A DNA stretch of 64,000 nt from Lophium mytilinum (GCA_010093605.1 MU004189.1:1805834-1869833), one strand, 5' to 3'; shown: positions 12,202 through 24,008, counted from the first letter of the stretch. Made by a program: numbers and translations. The notes: generated by a model from the sequence alone, not told the origin.

Positions 12202-13888
12202 ATGGAACCTACGGAGGATGGCGAGTTAGTGTCGGCGGAAAACGATCAAGAAATCAAGAGCGAGGATGAGGGCTGCTTCCAGTGTTCCGTTCATAGAAAA
12301 GAGCTCGCAGCTGTAAGAAACAGAGCCAGGGATCATTTCGGGTTATTCGAGGAAGAACAACAAAAGAAGAACGATATCCAAAGCAAACTCCAGACCGCCG
12401 AGGGAACTATAGCGGATCTCAAGGCTCGTCTCATAGTAGCGGAGGATACCACAACTCATCTCAGACCGAGTCTAACTACTGCTACTCCTGTGGATAAACC
12501 CGATGATGTAGTCATTGAAGGCTTGAAGGCGCTAATCACCGACTATAAGTCGAAGTTGGCAGCCGCCACAGAGAAGAATGGGAGCGACGCAATTCTACTT
12601 GGAACCCAGAAAACTACCATTGCCGATCTTCAGATGAAGCTCCAAGCTGCAAAGGATATGAAGGACAGCGACGATGTCATCGGAAAAAGCTATCGTGATG
12701 AAGTGAGTCGCCTGAGACGCTTGCTCAAAGAGGAATCGGATATTAGAAGAACAGCTTTTCAGATCCTTTCCTCTGCACACAGAGACGATACAGCTAGTGA
12801 CATTTTGTCTCACGGCACAGACTCTTCTCCAGATCCCATCAGAGGTGGAAGCCGCCGTCGCCTTGATGTCATCTCACTGCCATCAACATCCCTGTTAGCC
12901 AGTAGGAAGAGAGGATTGGAGAGCGAGGATGAACTGCCACATACGGCATTCGGGCTGCTAAACTCTGCCGAATTGGAAGCCCCGCCGAGTTCCCTGAAGG
13001 TTCCCCGCTACTACCTTAGAGGCCGCTCTGGAAACACCGGTAATTTCGATAAGAATCATCAATCTAGCAAAACGCTAGACATCTCATATGAGACTGACGA
13101 AGAAATTGACGATAACGAGGATTATGAGACTGAGACCTCCACACCAGATATCACCTCCGCGGAACCCGACCACCGAGTTACGGTCACTGCAATAGGCCCA
13201 TTGCAAACGGGACAAGATCTGCCAATAAACCTACCTATTGCCCAAGCAAATTCTGCCCCACGTCTTCGCGAACGCCCGAAAAAGCTGGCATTGCCCACTG
13301 AGCATGCAACATCTCCTATACATGACACTCCAACGAACGTCTCTGCGCCATACAAGATCAAATTTAACCACAGTACAAAGGAGTTCTGTGAAGACTCTGA
13401 CACAGGTAAGACACTTCATAATATCCCCACAACATTTTTAGTTCGAGTTCGCTGAGAATCAGGAAGACTCGACGCCTATTGAACCGGTACTGCTCCTGGT
13501 CAGGGAAGCTGTGGATCACGTCTTCAAAATGAATCCCGGCTGGAAACCAAGGTTCAATTTTCGCTCTCACTGCTTTTTCCAAACCTCGGCGAACAACGCT
13601 TCCGTCTGGTCCAAACTTGATGGTAACGCTGCTGCGTGCAGGACATGCACAAACCGCTTCCGCCCCTGCTTACGCAATGTTGGATTGGGAATAACAGTCG
13701 ACCACGACGGTAACGAAGTGAAGGAACAATACTTCCGCGTTCTTCCTCTTCCTAGCCAAATACGCGTAGGCACGCGGTTTGATCAGAGCTTTTGGATTCT
13801 TCCCCATCGCGCTATACACCCAAGCGAGATGTGGATGGCTGATCATGATCATAATCGTGGTAGACGAACACGACAACGAATAGCTTGA
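12202..13888 (+). CDS. Coiled-coil protein with N-terminal CxxC and C-terminal Cys domain (CRTCTNRFRPC...VLPLP...FW); probable intron 13406..13466
   Basis: 417-aa ORF plus ORF 13511..13888. GTAAG donor at 13406 with the AAG acceptor ending at 13466 joins them in frame; the junction is uncertain. Confidence 0.65.
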
Positions 13889-14795
13889 AAGAGCTGGAAA
13901 AAATACTAAAGAACGACATGGAGGACATTTTTTGCTACGAGAGAGCGGCGTGCCCCCGGCAGGACTTACTTTCCCCACAGAAAATTACTCAACCCCACTA
14001 GAAGAGCCAACCGTCCGGCGAGACGCCAGCCCGGCTGGGTTTCTAGAACGCTCTTGGCTCTGATTGATTCAATTTTCATAACATGATTATTCTACGGTTG
14101 GTGTGTGTTGTTCTGGAGATGGAGGTATCTGTCCAATCGACTTCAGACTCTGTTCCTTGCTTTCTTGCGCTGATGTCTTCCATCACATGTACATACCTGC
14201 AGTCTCATTTCACAAGTCCCGTCTCTGCATGTTCAATATGCATGTTGAGCTTGTTTTAAGTAGATCCGGGTCAACACCAGCAGTTGAACTAGGATGCGGG
14301 CGACCGTCGCTAGATATCAAGAACATGAAAACCTCATACCCAATCCTTGTGCCATGCATGCTGTTCGTCAAGATACTATTACTCGTTCTCTTCTTAGATG
14401 TATCGGAAAATGTCAAGCACCCCAATTCTACCCCTCCTTGAGCTCCCTCAAGCCTGGGATCCTTCATCAGAGGCTACTCCTCTCCGGAAGCAGGGATGCA
14501 AAGCCACATGCATAGGAGCTGCCTCACCCGACACCCCATGAGTTACAATGCCTCGTCATAAGAATCTGAACACTCGTTTACCACTACTTGGGGAACCTCA
14601 TAGTACTTTTAGCGTTCCAAATAAGCGAAAGATACGGCATTTTAGACTATTGATAAACTCGCGAGGTTACTGCAGATAGTGTCAACATGGTGTACACAGA
14701 TTAAAAGTGTATCCACTACCATTAGTTTCTAATATTATATTGGAGCCGAGGCGGATGCTTCCATTAGTCCACTGAAATCATCCCCATTTGGATAC

Positions 14796-15623
14796 CTAAA
14801 CTTCTTTTCCAAACTTTACGAATGCCTGATCCCAATCAGGTAGTATGAGTTGATTCTCCCACCACCACTTGTATGCCGAAATCGCCAACAGCGCCGCAAA
14901 AGAAACAATAACTCCCAGGAAAGCAGCTATCCAGCTATGCTCGGCGCAGTAGATGACGATGAAGGCGGCGAGGAAAAGGTGTGTGTTAAGCATTAGATCG
15001 GACCGCAGTAGAAGAGCTTCTCCGATATCTCCACGTCGCAGTCGTGAATGAATACCCTGACCGATAAGAACAAGACCGAGACAGATGTGTACGGCGACGT
15101 CAGGCGTGGGAAGGGTTGTAGTCCAGTTTGATGATGCCTGATGATGGAGAACTCGACGTAACGTCGACGTAGTTGTTCCAAGGAGGGAAGATTGAGTTAA
15201 GGACTTGTAGAACATGCTCTGCGATATTTGGCCACGGCTGATAGCCAGTTCGTGCTTTCCTATGGTGGTCCAGACGCAGTAGAGAATCCATTCATCTCTT
15301 TGATTTCCGACCGTGTTCCATCCTTTGTAGCCATAGTGAAGGAATGTATAGGCCATGCCGGTAATCATTGAGGGCAGTATCCAGAAATATCGATGTTTTA
15401 GTTCGGTGGCCCATCGAGTATACATGGGGAGGGCTTCGAAAGTGAAAAGCCTGGCAGCTGCGTTGCGGCAGCGAAGTGTCATGGAACTCATTATTTGTGA
15501 GCCTAGCTGGAGAGAATGCTGGTCAAGGCTTTCGACTGTGAGAGCCCGAAAATTCTGATAATTGATGGTGGCCTCTGAGGACCTTGGCTCACGTTCCAGG
15601 AATAGACGAGCCCCATAGTTCAC
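14796..15623 (-). CDS. Uncharacterised multi-pass membrane protein (start uncertain), paralog of the 15736 gene
   Basis: 275-aa ORF with several hydrophobic segments and visible similarity to 15736..16710. Confidence 0.6.
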   Translation of the reverse strand: MNYGARLFLEREPRSSEATINYQNFRALTVESLDQHSLQLGSQIMSSMTLRCRNAAARLFTFEALPMYTRWATELKHRYFWILPSMITGMAYTFLHYGYKGWNTVGNQRDEWILYCVWTTIGKHELAISRGQISQSMFYKSLTQSSLLGTTTSTLRRVLHHQASSNWTTTLPTPDVAVHICLGLVLIGQGIHSRLRRGDIGEALLLRSDLMLNTHLFLAAFIVIYCAEHSWIAAFLGVIVSFAALLAISAYKWWWENQLILPDWDQAFVKFGKEV

Positions 15624-15735
15624 CCACGGAATTCAGTGAACCGATGATCCAGAGGCTCAGGCCACCACAGTTAGAGATTTTATAAACCGCAGACACCCCG
15701 CTCTATCTCACTCTCTCACCTTACAGCTACAAAAA

Positions 15736-16710
15736 ATGGATTCTCCGATGTTCCTACAATGCCGCAGATGGGCCGCCAACTTCTACACCTGGGAATGGGG
15801 AACCGAACCTCCTCCTTTGGAACCCCTTTCCACCTTCCCACAAAGACTGTTCGCCCGATGGTTCGCCGGACTGAAAAAGCAATATGTATGGATGCTTGCC
15901 GCCGTCGCCATCTATTACGCCTCCTCCAAGATTATGCAGTTCCTCTTGAAGTGTCATAATGTCACTGAAATTCCGGTTCCCCCAATCTTGGGCCGGTGGT
16001 TCTATCCCATCCAACAACTCCACGACGATCAAACGGAAGAGATTCGAGAGAAAGAGTACAACATCAAAATGATGGCTAATAGTGTCCTCTGGGGTGTTGG
16101 TATGAGCATAGGTCAGCATTACTCGACTTGCAGGGAGAAAGCGACGCCAGACAATACGTACTACTCAGGCTTGCTCCATATCCTCTGGCTTGGACGAATC
16201 GCAAGTGCATTCGTCCAGTGCCTTCCAGCAGCAGACGGCTATACGTTTGTAACCAAATCTGAGCTTTATGGCCATGCTGTCATCTCGCTCACTATGCTAG
16301 CCTACTTGATTTGGTTCTCAAAGCGATCAGGAAAAGGCTTCGAGAACTCACCACTCCACTTGGAGTCGTTCCTCACCAACACTCTACTCTTCGGTCTCGT
16401 CTTTGGCACTTTCATCTGGAGTGGTGATAGCTTGAAGCGTTTTTTGACTGTGGTAGGCTGTGCTCTTGTGTCTTTCAAATTACTCCTCTGTTGGGAGGCT
16501 TGGAGAATGGCTCGGGAGGGGCATATCAGCTTGCCTGGGCAGGATAATTTAGCTGTGCTCCCTATGCCAGATCATCATGAGAACGCTCGGGGCACGGAGG
16601 CTGGAGAGGTAGAGGTTGGCGAAAAGAATGCAGGGATGATTGAGGATGGTGAGGCAGAGCTCAGAACGGCGGAAGATAAGGATGTAGAGGCCGGAGAAGG
16701 AGAAGAATAG
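15736..16710 (+). CDS. Uncharacterised multi-pass membrane protein with acidic C-terminal tail
   Basis: 324-aa ORF, AAAAATGG start context, TATAAA at ~15681, multiple hydrophobic helices. Confidence 0.75.
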   Translation: MDSPMFLQCRRWAANFYTWEWGTEPPPLEPLSTFPQRLFARWFAGLKKQYVWMLAAVAIYYASSKIMQFLLKCHNVTEIPVPPILGRWFYPIQQLHDDQTEEIREKEYNIKMMANSVLWGVGMSIGQHYSTCREKATPDNTYYSGLLHILWLGRIASAFVQCLPAADGYTFVTKSELYGHAVISLTMLAYLIWFSKRSGKGFENSPLHLESFLTNTLLFGLVFGTFIWSGDSLKRFLTVVGCALVSFKLLLCWEAWRMAREGHISLPGQDNLAVLPMPDHHENARGTEAGEVEVGEKNAGMIEDGEAELRTAEDKDVEAGEGEE

Positions 16711-17938
16711 GGTTCAAATGTCAGTGGAGCTGCGATATGGTACTAAAGCAACGATCAAAGACTCTACACTCCCTTCACTTTGAAGGACGCTGAATCTTGG
16801 TGCTCCAACCACTTTTTTCAGTGTGTATAAAATGGATCTACTAGGATCTCATGACGACGCAGCTCTCTCACCGACAGCTGCTATTTCAGGGCTTAAGAGT
16901 GTTGTGGGTGAGGTAGCAAGGCTGAAACGGCCTAGGCGTCGCTCACCCATGGAACCTTGGGACTGGACCAAAGTCGTCAGAGAGCCAGGAGTCTTGATCG
17001 CGCGTGAGAAGAAGTCCTTCCGCACTCGCCCTTCATTTCGAAACACAAAATGTCGCGCTTCGCACCTTGCTGTCGCAACTTGGCCACTGGGCGCTATGCC
17101 TGGGTGTCTCGAATATTACCTCCTGCTTCCAATATCAGCGCTGCTTACACCCGATGGACCTCAGAACTACAGCGCCGAATGCCAACGATTCTACCTGCAG
17201 CAGGAACTCTTGTTGCTTTATAATCGTTCTATTCTCACACAGACCATGGAAACCACGCGACTCCCAAGACCAAGAAGACCGAGATATATGGTTGCTACAA
17301 TGTGTCACCGCATCCACAGTACAAGCCGAACGGGCTATGAACGAGACCAAGATATCCAAGAGAACCTTCCGCGAATGCTTGATCCGGCCTTTCCTGCTGG
17401 GAACGACTACAATGACAGCCAACCGAGTTCTCCAGCAATTGAAGTCGTCATTGGAGCACTGGTCAAAAGAAAATATCACGTGCGACGGTGGCACACGTGA
17501 CCTGTCATCTTATTCCCCACTTTGAGGACCTGAGCTGCCACAATGGAATCACAGTCGTAATACTCCGCCGCTAATTGTAGCGATTACAAGCCCACCTAGC
17601 CTTTCTGAGGCAGCTAGCCATAATCGGACGCCTTGAAAGCGGGTTTCCAGGACGGCTTACTGACCACGCTAGACTTTGACGGGGCTTAAGTCTGCCGCTC
17701 ACTTTCATATCCAAAGGAAGAAGTGCATGGCGCTGATTTCAGCTGACTCTAGTGCTGATTTATGGGTAACTTATTCATCTTGTTGATTCAGAGCAACTAT
17801 CGTTCGGCCTACTTCATCGACTACATATTCCGAGCTACTCTCATTACTTGTCGTCTCAAAGCCAACATTGATCGGACTGCTTTATTTTATACCCTCAAGC
17901 AGCACAATAATCAAGCACTTCTAACGGCCTTTTCAATA

Positions 17939-19016
17939 ATGTTATTAGACAACAAGTTAAGAGAAGATGCAGTGTCAGCAGACCGTACCTATCACAACAC
18001 CGAAGCAGCCTACGGACTGCCGAATGAGTACGAAAACTTCTCTCAGCATGTACCTTTCATAGGAGGGACTCGACTAACCTAGAGTACAAAGTTCCATTGA
18101 GCACAAGCGTCTAGAGCTTCAGCACTTCAATCTCCTAGAGTTGATGGGAGGCCGCATTATTCACGCTCCCCTTGGTCCAGACATCACTCATGCCCTCGAC
18201 ATCGGTTGCGGCACTGGAATCATTACTCATGAGATTGCCTCCAAGCTACCAGACGCCATTGTTACGGGCATTGATCTCTCGCCCATTCCTGCGATCCGCC
18301 CCAAACTCCCGAACATCCAGTATCTGCAAGGTGATTTCAACGAGCTCGTCCGGGCTGGTAGATCGACTCCAGAAGCTGCCAAGTTCCAACCCGAAACCCT
18401 GGACTACATCTTCTCCCGCCTCCTCGTTATGGGTATGCCACACTGGCAATCCTATGTGTCTTCCGTCGCGCAGCTACTTAGACAGGGCGGGTGGGCTGAG
18501 ATCCAAGAGTGGGCATGCGTTTGGTACGATGCCCCGGCCTCTGCATCTCCAGAGGCGTTTCTGCCACACGATGTCTCCTACGACAGCACCAATGAAGTCA
18601 ATGAAGATGCACTGCGCTCGGACGAGCATTCCACCGATCCATATCACATCCAACCCCAGCCAACCTGGTCCGCCCTGATCAACGAAGCACTTCGCGCCAA
18701 GTCTCTCGACCCCGCTGCCGGCAATAACATAGCGACATATATGCACCGTGCTGGTCTGACTGATATCACTACTCGACGATACATATGGGCATTTGGAGGT
18801 TGGGAAGGCTTGTCGGAAGAAGCGAAAACGTTCAGTGCGTACGCAGACGAGGTTCTTACTCTGCTCATCGAGTCCCTTCTGCAGCGTTTCGGAGCTGAGA
18901 TGGATGTGGACCCACGCGAGATTGAAAACTGTATCAGGGAGTTCAGGGAGGATGTAAGAAGCGGGAAAAGAAGGTTGTATACTTGGTACTCTGTGACCGT
19001 GGGGCGGAAGCCGTAG
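17939..19016 (+). CDS. Class I SAM-dependent methyltransferase (LaeA-like/TAM-type family); exons 17939..18027, ~18092..19016
   Basis: YGLPND..EHKRLELQH N-terminal motif, ALDIGCGTGI, VTGIDLSP, DYIFSR, C-terminal VGRKP. Intron GTACGA from 18028 with CTAAC branch site. Confidence 0.92.
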
Positions 19017-19489
19017 GCTGTCTCTATCGAAGCATCCTTGTTAGTCCAGAGCTAGCATTATCACTAACGTAAGTTTTGGAACTCATTGAACTTTGGTTCA
19101 AAGCTGGGCTCTTTTGGACACTCGTCATATCTTCGTTACCGGAACGGTTGACGTTGGCGATCCCCTGGCTCGAATCCAGCACCCGTTGTCTCATTGTGTT
19201 ACCTCCGAAGCTAGATGGTACATGTTTCTCAAGCTTTGTAAACGCAACGCCAAACAATGACATTGTGTGCGTACCTGCCTATAAATTGTCGATGTGCTCA
19301 TATCTCAGTCAGGTTCCTATCCAGAGAACTTTGAAATTCTCGTCTACAGCCTAAAATACAACCCCTTGAGCACCCTCTCGAATACCATCATCCACAACGA
19401 TCGGGCCACATCAAGCTTGTCAAGTCCGTGATTCGGATTATCCGCAACGAAAAGAATACACAGCCATATCACAGGTTCCGCCCCAAAAA

Positions 19490-21148
19490 ATGGCTGGTTC
19501 ATTTCCCGTCAGTAAAGGCTCCTCTACCATGGCTTCTCTACATGAAAACCTCACCCGCCAAAGTGTGTCATCTTCTACAGAATCGCCCTCAAGAGCCGGC
19601 CAACAAACTCCCTTCCACAAGCTCCCTCTCGAATTAGTCCCCCTCGTGTTCCGCCAGCTCGAAGACTGGAAACACTCCAAGTACGAGCGCGAGCCCCACC
19701 TCACAAATGAGTCCAAAGAAGCCATCAAAAGCTTCCGGCTCGTAAGCCGCAATATGCTTCAACAGTCCAAGTCCTCCTTCCGGAAGGTCGTGGAAGACAG
19801 CATGAAGCCATTCTACGCAAATAGAACCAGCATGGCCAAGCTGCAAGAGCTCTCCCAATCGGATTTCGCCCCATACTTGACTACGCTAACGATCAGCTGC
19901 CTTGGATTCAAAGATGGCGAACCGGAAAGCTGGTATATCACTGAGGAACCCCCAGAGCCTTTCTGCGTATCCTGGAACGCCTTCGACTGGGTGCCCCACC
20001 GTGCCGATCTCCCAGCCTCGTTTTGGGACATCGTATCTAAGTACAATTGCGACGTTGGGCCCATAAACCCGCTGGTCTACTCCGGCGAATTCTTACGCAT
20101 TCTTTCGCAGGATATATTTCCTCGCTTTCCGCGGCTGAAACACCTCCACTTCTCAGCTGATCCCGAGTGGAGCCGTTTAGACACTTTCTTGGCGTCGGAA
20201 GATTGGAGTTTCGCGCATTATATTGGCGAGGACTGGAAGGACAAGTTCATGCAAAACACGGCTATCGTATCTCATGAAGTCATCATGCGTACTGCGTTGC
20301 AGGCATGTGGACTGGCCAAGGTACGGCTGGAAAGCCTTAGTTTCACAGGGTGTGATCACGTACAGAGCCGGCTTGCGAGGAACTGTTTCAGCGCTGAAGA
20401 TATTAACAAGCTGCCTAGCGCGTTGCCGGAAGATACCTTGAAAGATTTAAAGTCTCTTTCCATGTACATCAAACCTCTGGACGAACTTGATGAAGATATC
20501 GAAGACTTCAGCGAGGATGAACTGCTGACCATGCAGGCAGTCAAACCCCAGTTCTTCGAAATCATGCCCAGCCTAGAGAAACTGGACCTCGAGTCTTTTG
20601 GACCGTCGGAAAAGCAACTGGCTAGTTTGAGCGCGGCGAAGCTGCCAAAGCTAACTTCACTCCAGGTTGCTGCCGGCAGCAACCGCTTCTTGCAATACGA
20701 TGACTTGACGCGGATACTTTCCGCGCATAAGGGAATCAAGCATCTCGCCCTTGGTTACGCGATGTTCGAGGAAGACAACACGAGCACGTCCGATGAAGAC
20801 GCCCTTGGCTATCCAACCCTTCATACGGAGCGCAAGAACGGATGGAAAGACTTCTTCCGTTTCCTTGGGAAGGAGCTAAGCCTTGATACGTTCTGGCTCC
20901 TAGGGCCTTCTGTATATTCGATCCCCTTGGATCCCAATGGCGAGTTCGTTTATGCCGAGTTTCGGCTAGACCGTGACAAGGACCTCAAGAATGCCTGGCT
21001 TTCCGCGGCAGCTGAGAGCCGCCTTCAGGGCGATTGGTTTCCGTATGCCGAGATTGGTGCTGTTCGTCCCCCGAACCTGAGATTTTCAGTCTTTGAAAGT
21101 AGCGAGTTTGAAGACCTGGGGATCAAGATTCATTCCCTGGAGGGATGA
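19490..21148 (+). CDS. Orphan protein with N-terminal F-box-like motif and LRR-like C-terminal repeats, 552 aa
   Basis: PFHKLPLELVPLVFRQL, then repeated LxxLxL units (LKHLHF, LKSLSM, LEKLDL, LTSLQV, IKHLAL). Confidence 0.75.
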   Translation: MAGSFPVSKGSSTMASLHENLTRQSVSSSTESPSRAGQQTPFHKLPLELVPLVFRQLEDWKHSKYEREPHLTNESKEAIKSFRLVSRNMLQQSKSSFRKVVEDSMKPFYANRTSMAKLQELSQSDFAPYLTTLTISCLGFKDGEPESWYITEEPPEPFCVSWNAFDWVPHRADLPASFWDIVSKYNCDVGPINPLVYSGEFLRILSQDIFPRFPRLKHLHFSADPEWSRLDTFLASEDWSFAHYIGEDWKDKFMQNTAIVSHEVIMRTALQACGLAKVRLESLSFTGCDHVQSRLARNCFSAEDINKLPSALPEDTLKDLKSLSMYIKPLDELDEDIEDFSEDELLTMQAVKPQFFEIMPSLEKLDLESFGPSEKQLASLSAAKLPKLTSLQVAAGSNRFLQYDDLTRILSAHKGIKHLALGYAMFEEDNTSTSDEDALGYPTLHTERKNGWKDFFRFLGKELSLDTFWLLGPSVYSIPLDPNGEFVYAEFRLDRDKDLKNAWLSAAAESRLQGDWFPYAEIGAVRPPNLRFSVFESSEFEDLGIKIHSLEG

Positions 21149-21745
21149 TACCACGATGTTCTTAGGAAGTTGTTGGTAACGCAGCCTCTACGAAGGCGTT
21201 CAATGATAGAAACTTCGTAGCGATGAAAATCCGCTACTAAAGGCAGGTAAGTTTGCTTATAAGGAACTAGGTGCAATTTATTATAGAAAGTTTCCCTACC
21301 CCGTGTCTCAGCAGCGTACATAGCGATATTGAAAATCGTGCCATAATGCGACTGTACAGATCTCTGATGAAGTCATCGTATGAATTTAATTGGTCATGTT
21401 GATGAAGTAGCGCACTAACAAGATTCCGAGTACAAAAGTTCAAGTCGCAATTGAAGCCACAAGTCTCCCTGATTGGTGAATTTGAGAGTCTTCACGCACT
21501 ATCTCATTCGTCCTCTATACGAGCGAATTAAAAGTGTCATCTCGGGAAACGAGGCTGAGCAATGGTGAGTGGTGCGGGGACGAGGGCCAAGCTGGAGATA
21601 GCCTTGCTCCTCCGGATCGTTGATAACACGCACTCCTCCACTGCAAGACACAGCCGATCAGTCAAACTCGAAGAAGCCGTATTTTTGCTTTACATTCCGT
21701 TCATCTTTCATCGGATTCTCGATAGGCCAGCGGATCATTGCAAAG

Positions 21746-22169
21746 ATGCAGCGCTTCTTTCAGCCTGGTGAAGGCATCGCGCTAGGAGTGATTTCCGGGA
21801 ACATACAACGCTATTTGGGATCAGATGCGCGAATCGAGCAAGGATATCATCGGGTGAGCCCGCTGAACTCGGGAGGTTTTTAAGGGTTTGAAGTCTAAAA
21901 GTGGCTCAGGGTAAAGAAGGGTATTGGATCTCGGCCTATCGTGCGCTTACCTCCGTATGTCTATCTCGCTTGCACCCTTTCTAGTATTCTTGAAGCCTTG
22001 AAAAGTAATTCGGGACCTACAGGCCCAAGTTGAAGCCCTTCAAGCTGAGACCAGGTGGATGGAGGATGGGGTATCGGAGTTCAGAAAGAAAGCACGTTAC
22101 ATGGGGGCCGATTTTTTCGTGCCTGGTCGGGTGAGTGATATTCGTTTCATCGAGATATTTCAGTCATGA
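21746..22169 (+). CDS. RfeG-like domain exons (21746..21853, 21910..21954, 22023..>22130); probably the 5' part of the 22271 gene
   Basis: Spliced product MQRFFQPGEGIALGVISGNIQRYLGSDARI...GYWISAYRALTSAQVEALQAETRW resembles the fungal RfeG-family domain. Introns are canonical. Confidence 0.65.
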
Positions 22170-22270
22170 TCAAGCTCATGATGTAAGGTATTTGCTACGA
22201 CCAAGATTTATCGCCGGGTTGGTATTTACGAGCTTCGTTCCCCTCGATCCGTGGTGCAGGAGTATGTGGT

Positions 22271-23842
22271 ATGCAGACTCTCCAAGACCACTTCTCTATG
22301 CTTGTAAGCCTTCAAAATCATATATATCCCGCTGGTAATGAAAGTAGTGGTACTGATGTTAGCAGAGAAGCCGATGTCTTGATGGAACATGGGGACGTTA
22401 AGAATTACCCAAACGAGAAGGCCGTGCCTGTCACGGATTTCGACGTCTGGTCCAAGGCCACTAGCGTTGATATGAAACCATTCCTAAGCATCAGTACCGA
22501 CGAATGTCCACCAGAGATGTCGGTTGGAGTTCGACTAGCTTCGAATTTACTTCTCACGCCTATGCCTCGCATTTATCTGCAAAAATTCTGGCCCATCAGC
22601 AACGATGCCTATGTGAGATACGTCGGTGACCTCCACTCCGACGCTCTTTCCGGTCTTCTGAAGATTTCTACCAACGTTCAGACAATCTTGGCCCAACTAC
22701 CAGCCGCGCAGAGCAGTTCTGAGACAGCCTCTCACCTGATTAGGCCACTGGGTTACCCCTACGCGGTATCGGATAATGCTGTAACAAAAGAATCTTCGGC
22801 TTTGAAAATCTCCCGGAAAGCAGTGGAAAAAGGTCACCGTGTAAGAATAGCATCCACCGCTACGACCACAGGTGTCGCCGCAGAAGAGACTAGAGGATGG
22901 GTCATGGCTGGAATCGCAGGCGCAAGCTTAACGACGTCAGCGTTCGCAGTCTTCCTTGCAAAACAAGCAGTGAACGTAAGCAAACAAACATTGCAATGGA
23001 ATAAGAAAAAGGACAGAAAGACCCTGAAGTTGCAGAAAAGAGCTCAAGCATATGCGGAATGGAAGGACGAGCGAGACCACCCCAATAAACCTCGATGGGA
23101 GGACAGTACTCAGCGAAAAAAACTTGCAAAAGATGGCTATTGCAGCGCAAGTAATTCCGACTCCGGCCCTGATGATGACTCCAGCCCTAACGATGCCGGA
23201 GGCCTTGATGATTATGGAAGAAGTCTTGAGAGGCAACATACTACGATAAGGCCATTACCAAAGGCACTGGCAAGCGAAGCTGGAAACAGCCGGGGTCCAG
23301 ATCCACCTGCATTGAGCGCAAGGTACCCTTTGTACTCCCAGCAAGCAAGGCATCCACGTGCATCTATCCATCAAACACCTTTGAGAACGCAACGTAGTTA
23401 CACTGCGCCAAACTCTAGCTCTCTTGCGCCCCCGGTTAAGTCACAGAAACCCAGAGTCCCGGCTGCGTCTTCCTCCAAAGCCCAACATTCCCGCGATGAC
23501 ACACCATTACGCAGCCTCCCTTCGTCAGTATCATATGAGACGCCGAGCTTTCCGGCATCCCACCAACTATCCAGTCTGATTGACCTGTCACCTCCATCTA
23601 TATTCGCGGACACAATCAGTCGACATTCAGAAGCCCCTGCCCCCTCCAGTCGTGTGATCGAGGACAAGGAAAGAAAAGATGATAGAGCCCGGATCGAAAA
23701 CTCAGGCGAAGACTTTGATACTGTCATGAGCGCACAGCGAGCGGTTCAACAAGGTTTATATGCTTTGCAACATGGCTACGTTGACCGTGCTGTGGCTAGT
23801 TTCCGGGAAGCAATGGCTCTTCTGCAAGTAGAAGATGTATAG
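22271..23842 (+). CDS. Uncharacterised protein with one central hydrophobic helix, a basic stretch and a Ser/Pro-rich disordered region
   Basis: 523-aa ORF with GWVMAGIAGASLTTSAFAVFLA hydrophobic segment. Confidence 0.7.
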   Translation: MQTLQDHFSMLVSLQNHIYPAGNESSGTDVSREADVLMEHGDVKNYPNEKAVPVTDFDVWSKATSVDMKPFLSISTDECPPEMSVGVRLASNLLLTPMPRIYLQKFWPISNDAYVRYVGDLHSDALSGLLKISTNVQTILAQLPAAQSSSETASHLIRPLGYPYAVSDNAVTKESSALKISRKAVEKGHRVRIASTATTTGVAAEETRGWVMAGIAGASLTTSAFAVFLAKQAVNVSKQTLQWNKKKDRKTLKLQKRAQAYAEWKDERDHPNKPRWEDSTQRKKLAKDGYCSASNSDSGPDDDSSPNDAGGLDDYGRSLERQHTTIRPLPKALASEAGNSRGPDPPALSARYPLYSQQARHPRASIHQTPLRTQRSYTAPNSSSLAPPVKSQKPRVPAASSSKAQHSRDDTPLRSLPSSVSYETPSFPASHQLSSLIDLSPPSIFADTISRHSEAPAPSSRVIEDKERKDDRARIENSGEDFDTVMSAQRAVQQGLYALQHGYVDRAVASFREAMALLQVEDV

Positions 23843-24008
23843 TGACGGCCTAGAACATGAAGAGGGCTACAGGATGTTATCCCGAGTCGAACTAGAAACT
23901 TACCTAGTGGAGTTCTTGAGAAACGCGACATCTTACCGGGTTAAATCTTACTTCGTCCGCCGTCGTTCAATCTATCACATTGCACCTCACGCACTCCAAC
24001 TCTCGGCA

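Noticed and set aside
16823..17525. Overlapping 225-aa and 173-aa ORFs
   Set aside because: No recognisable motif or convincing splice model; could be a decayed gene but I cannot support it.
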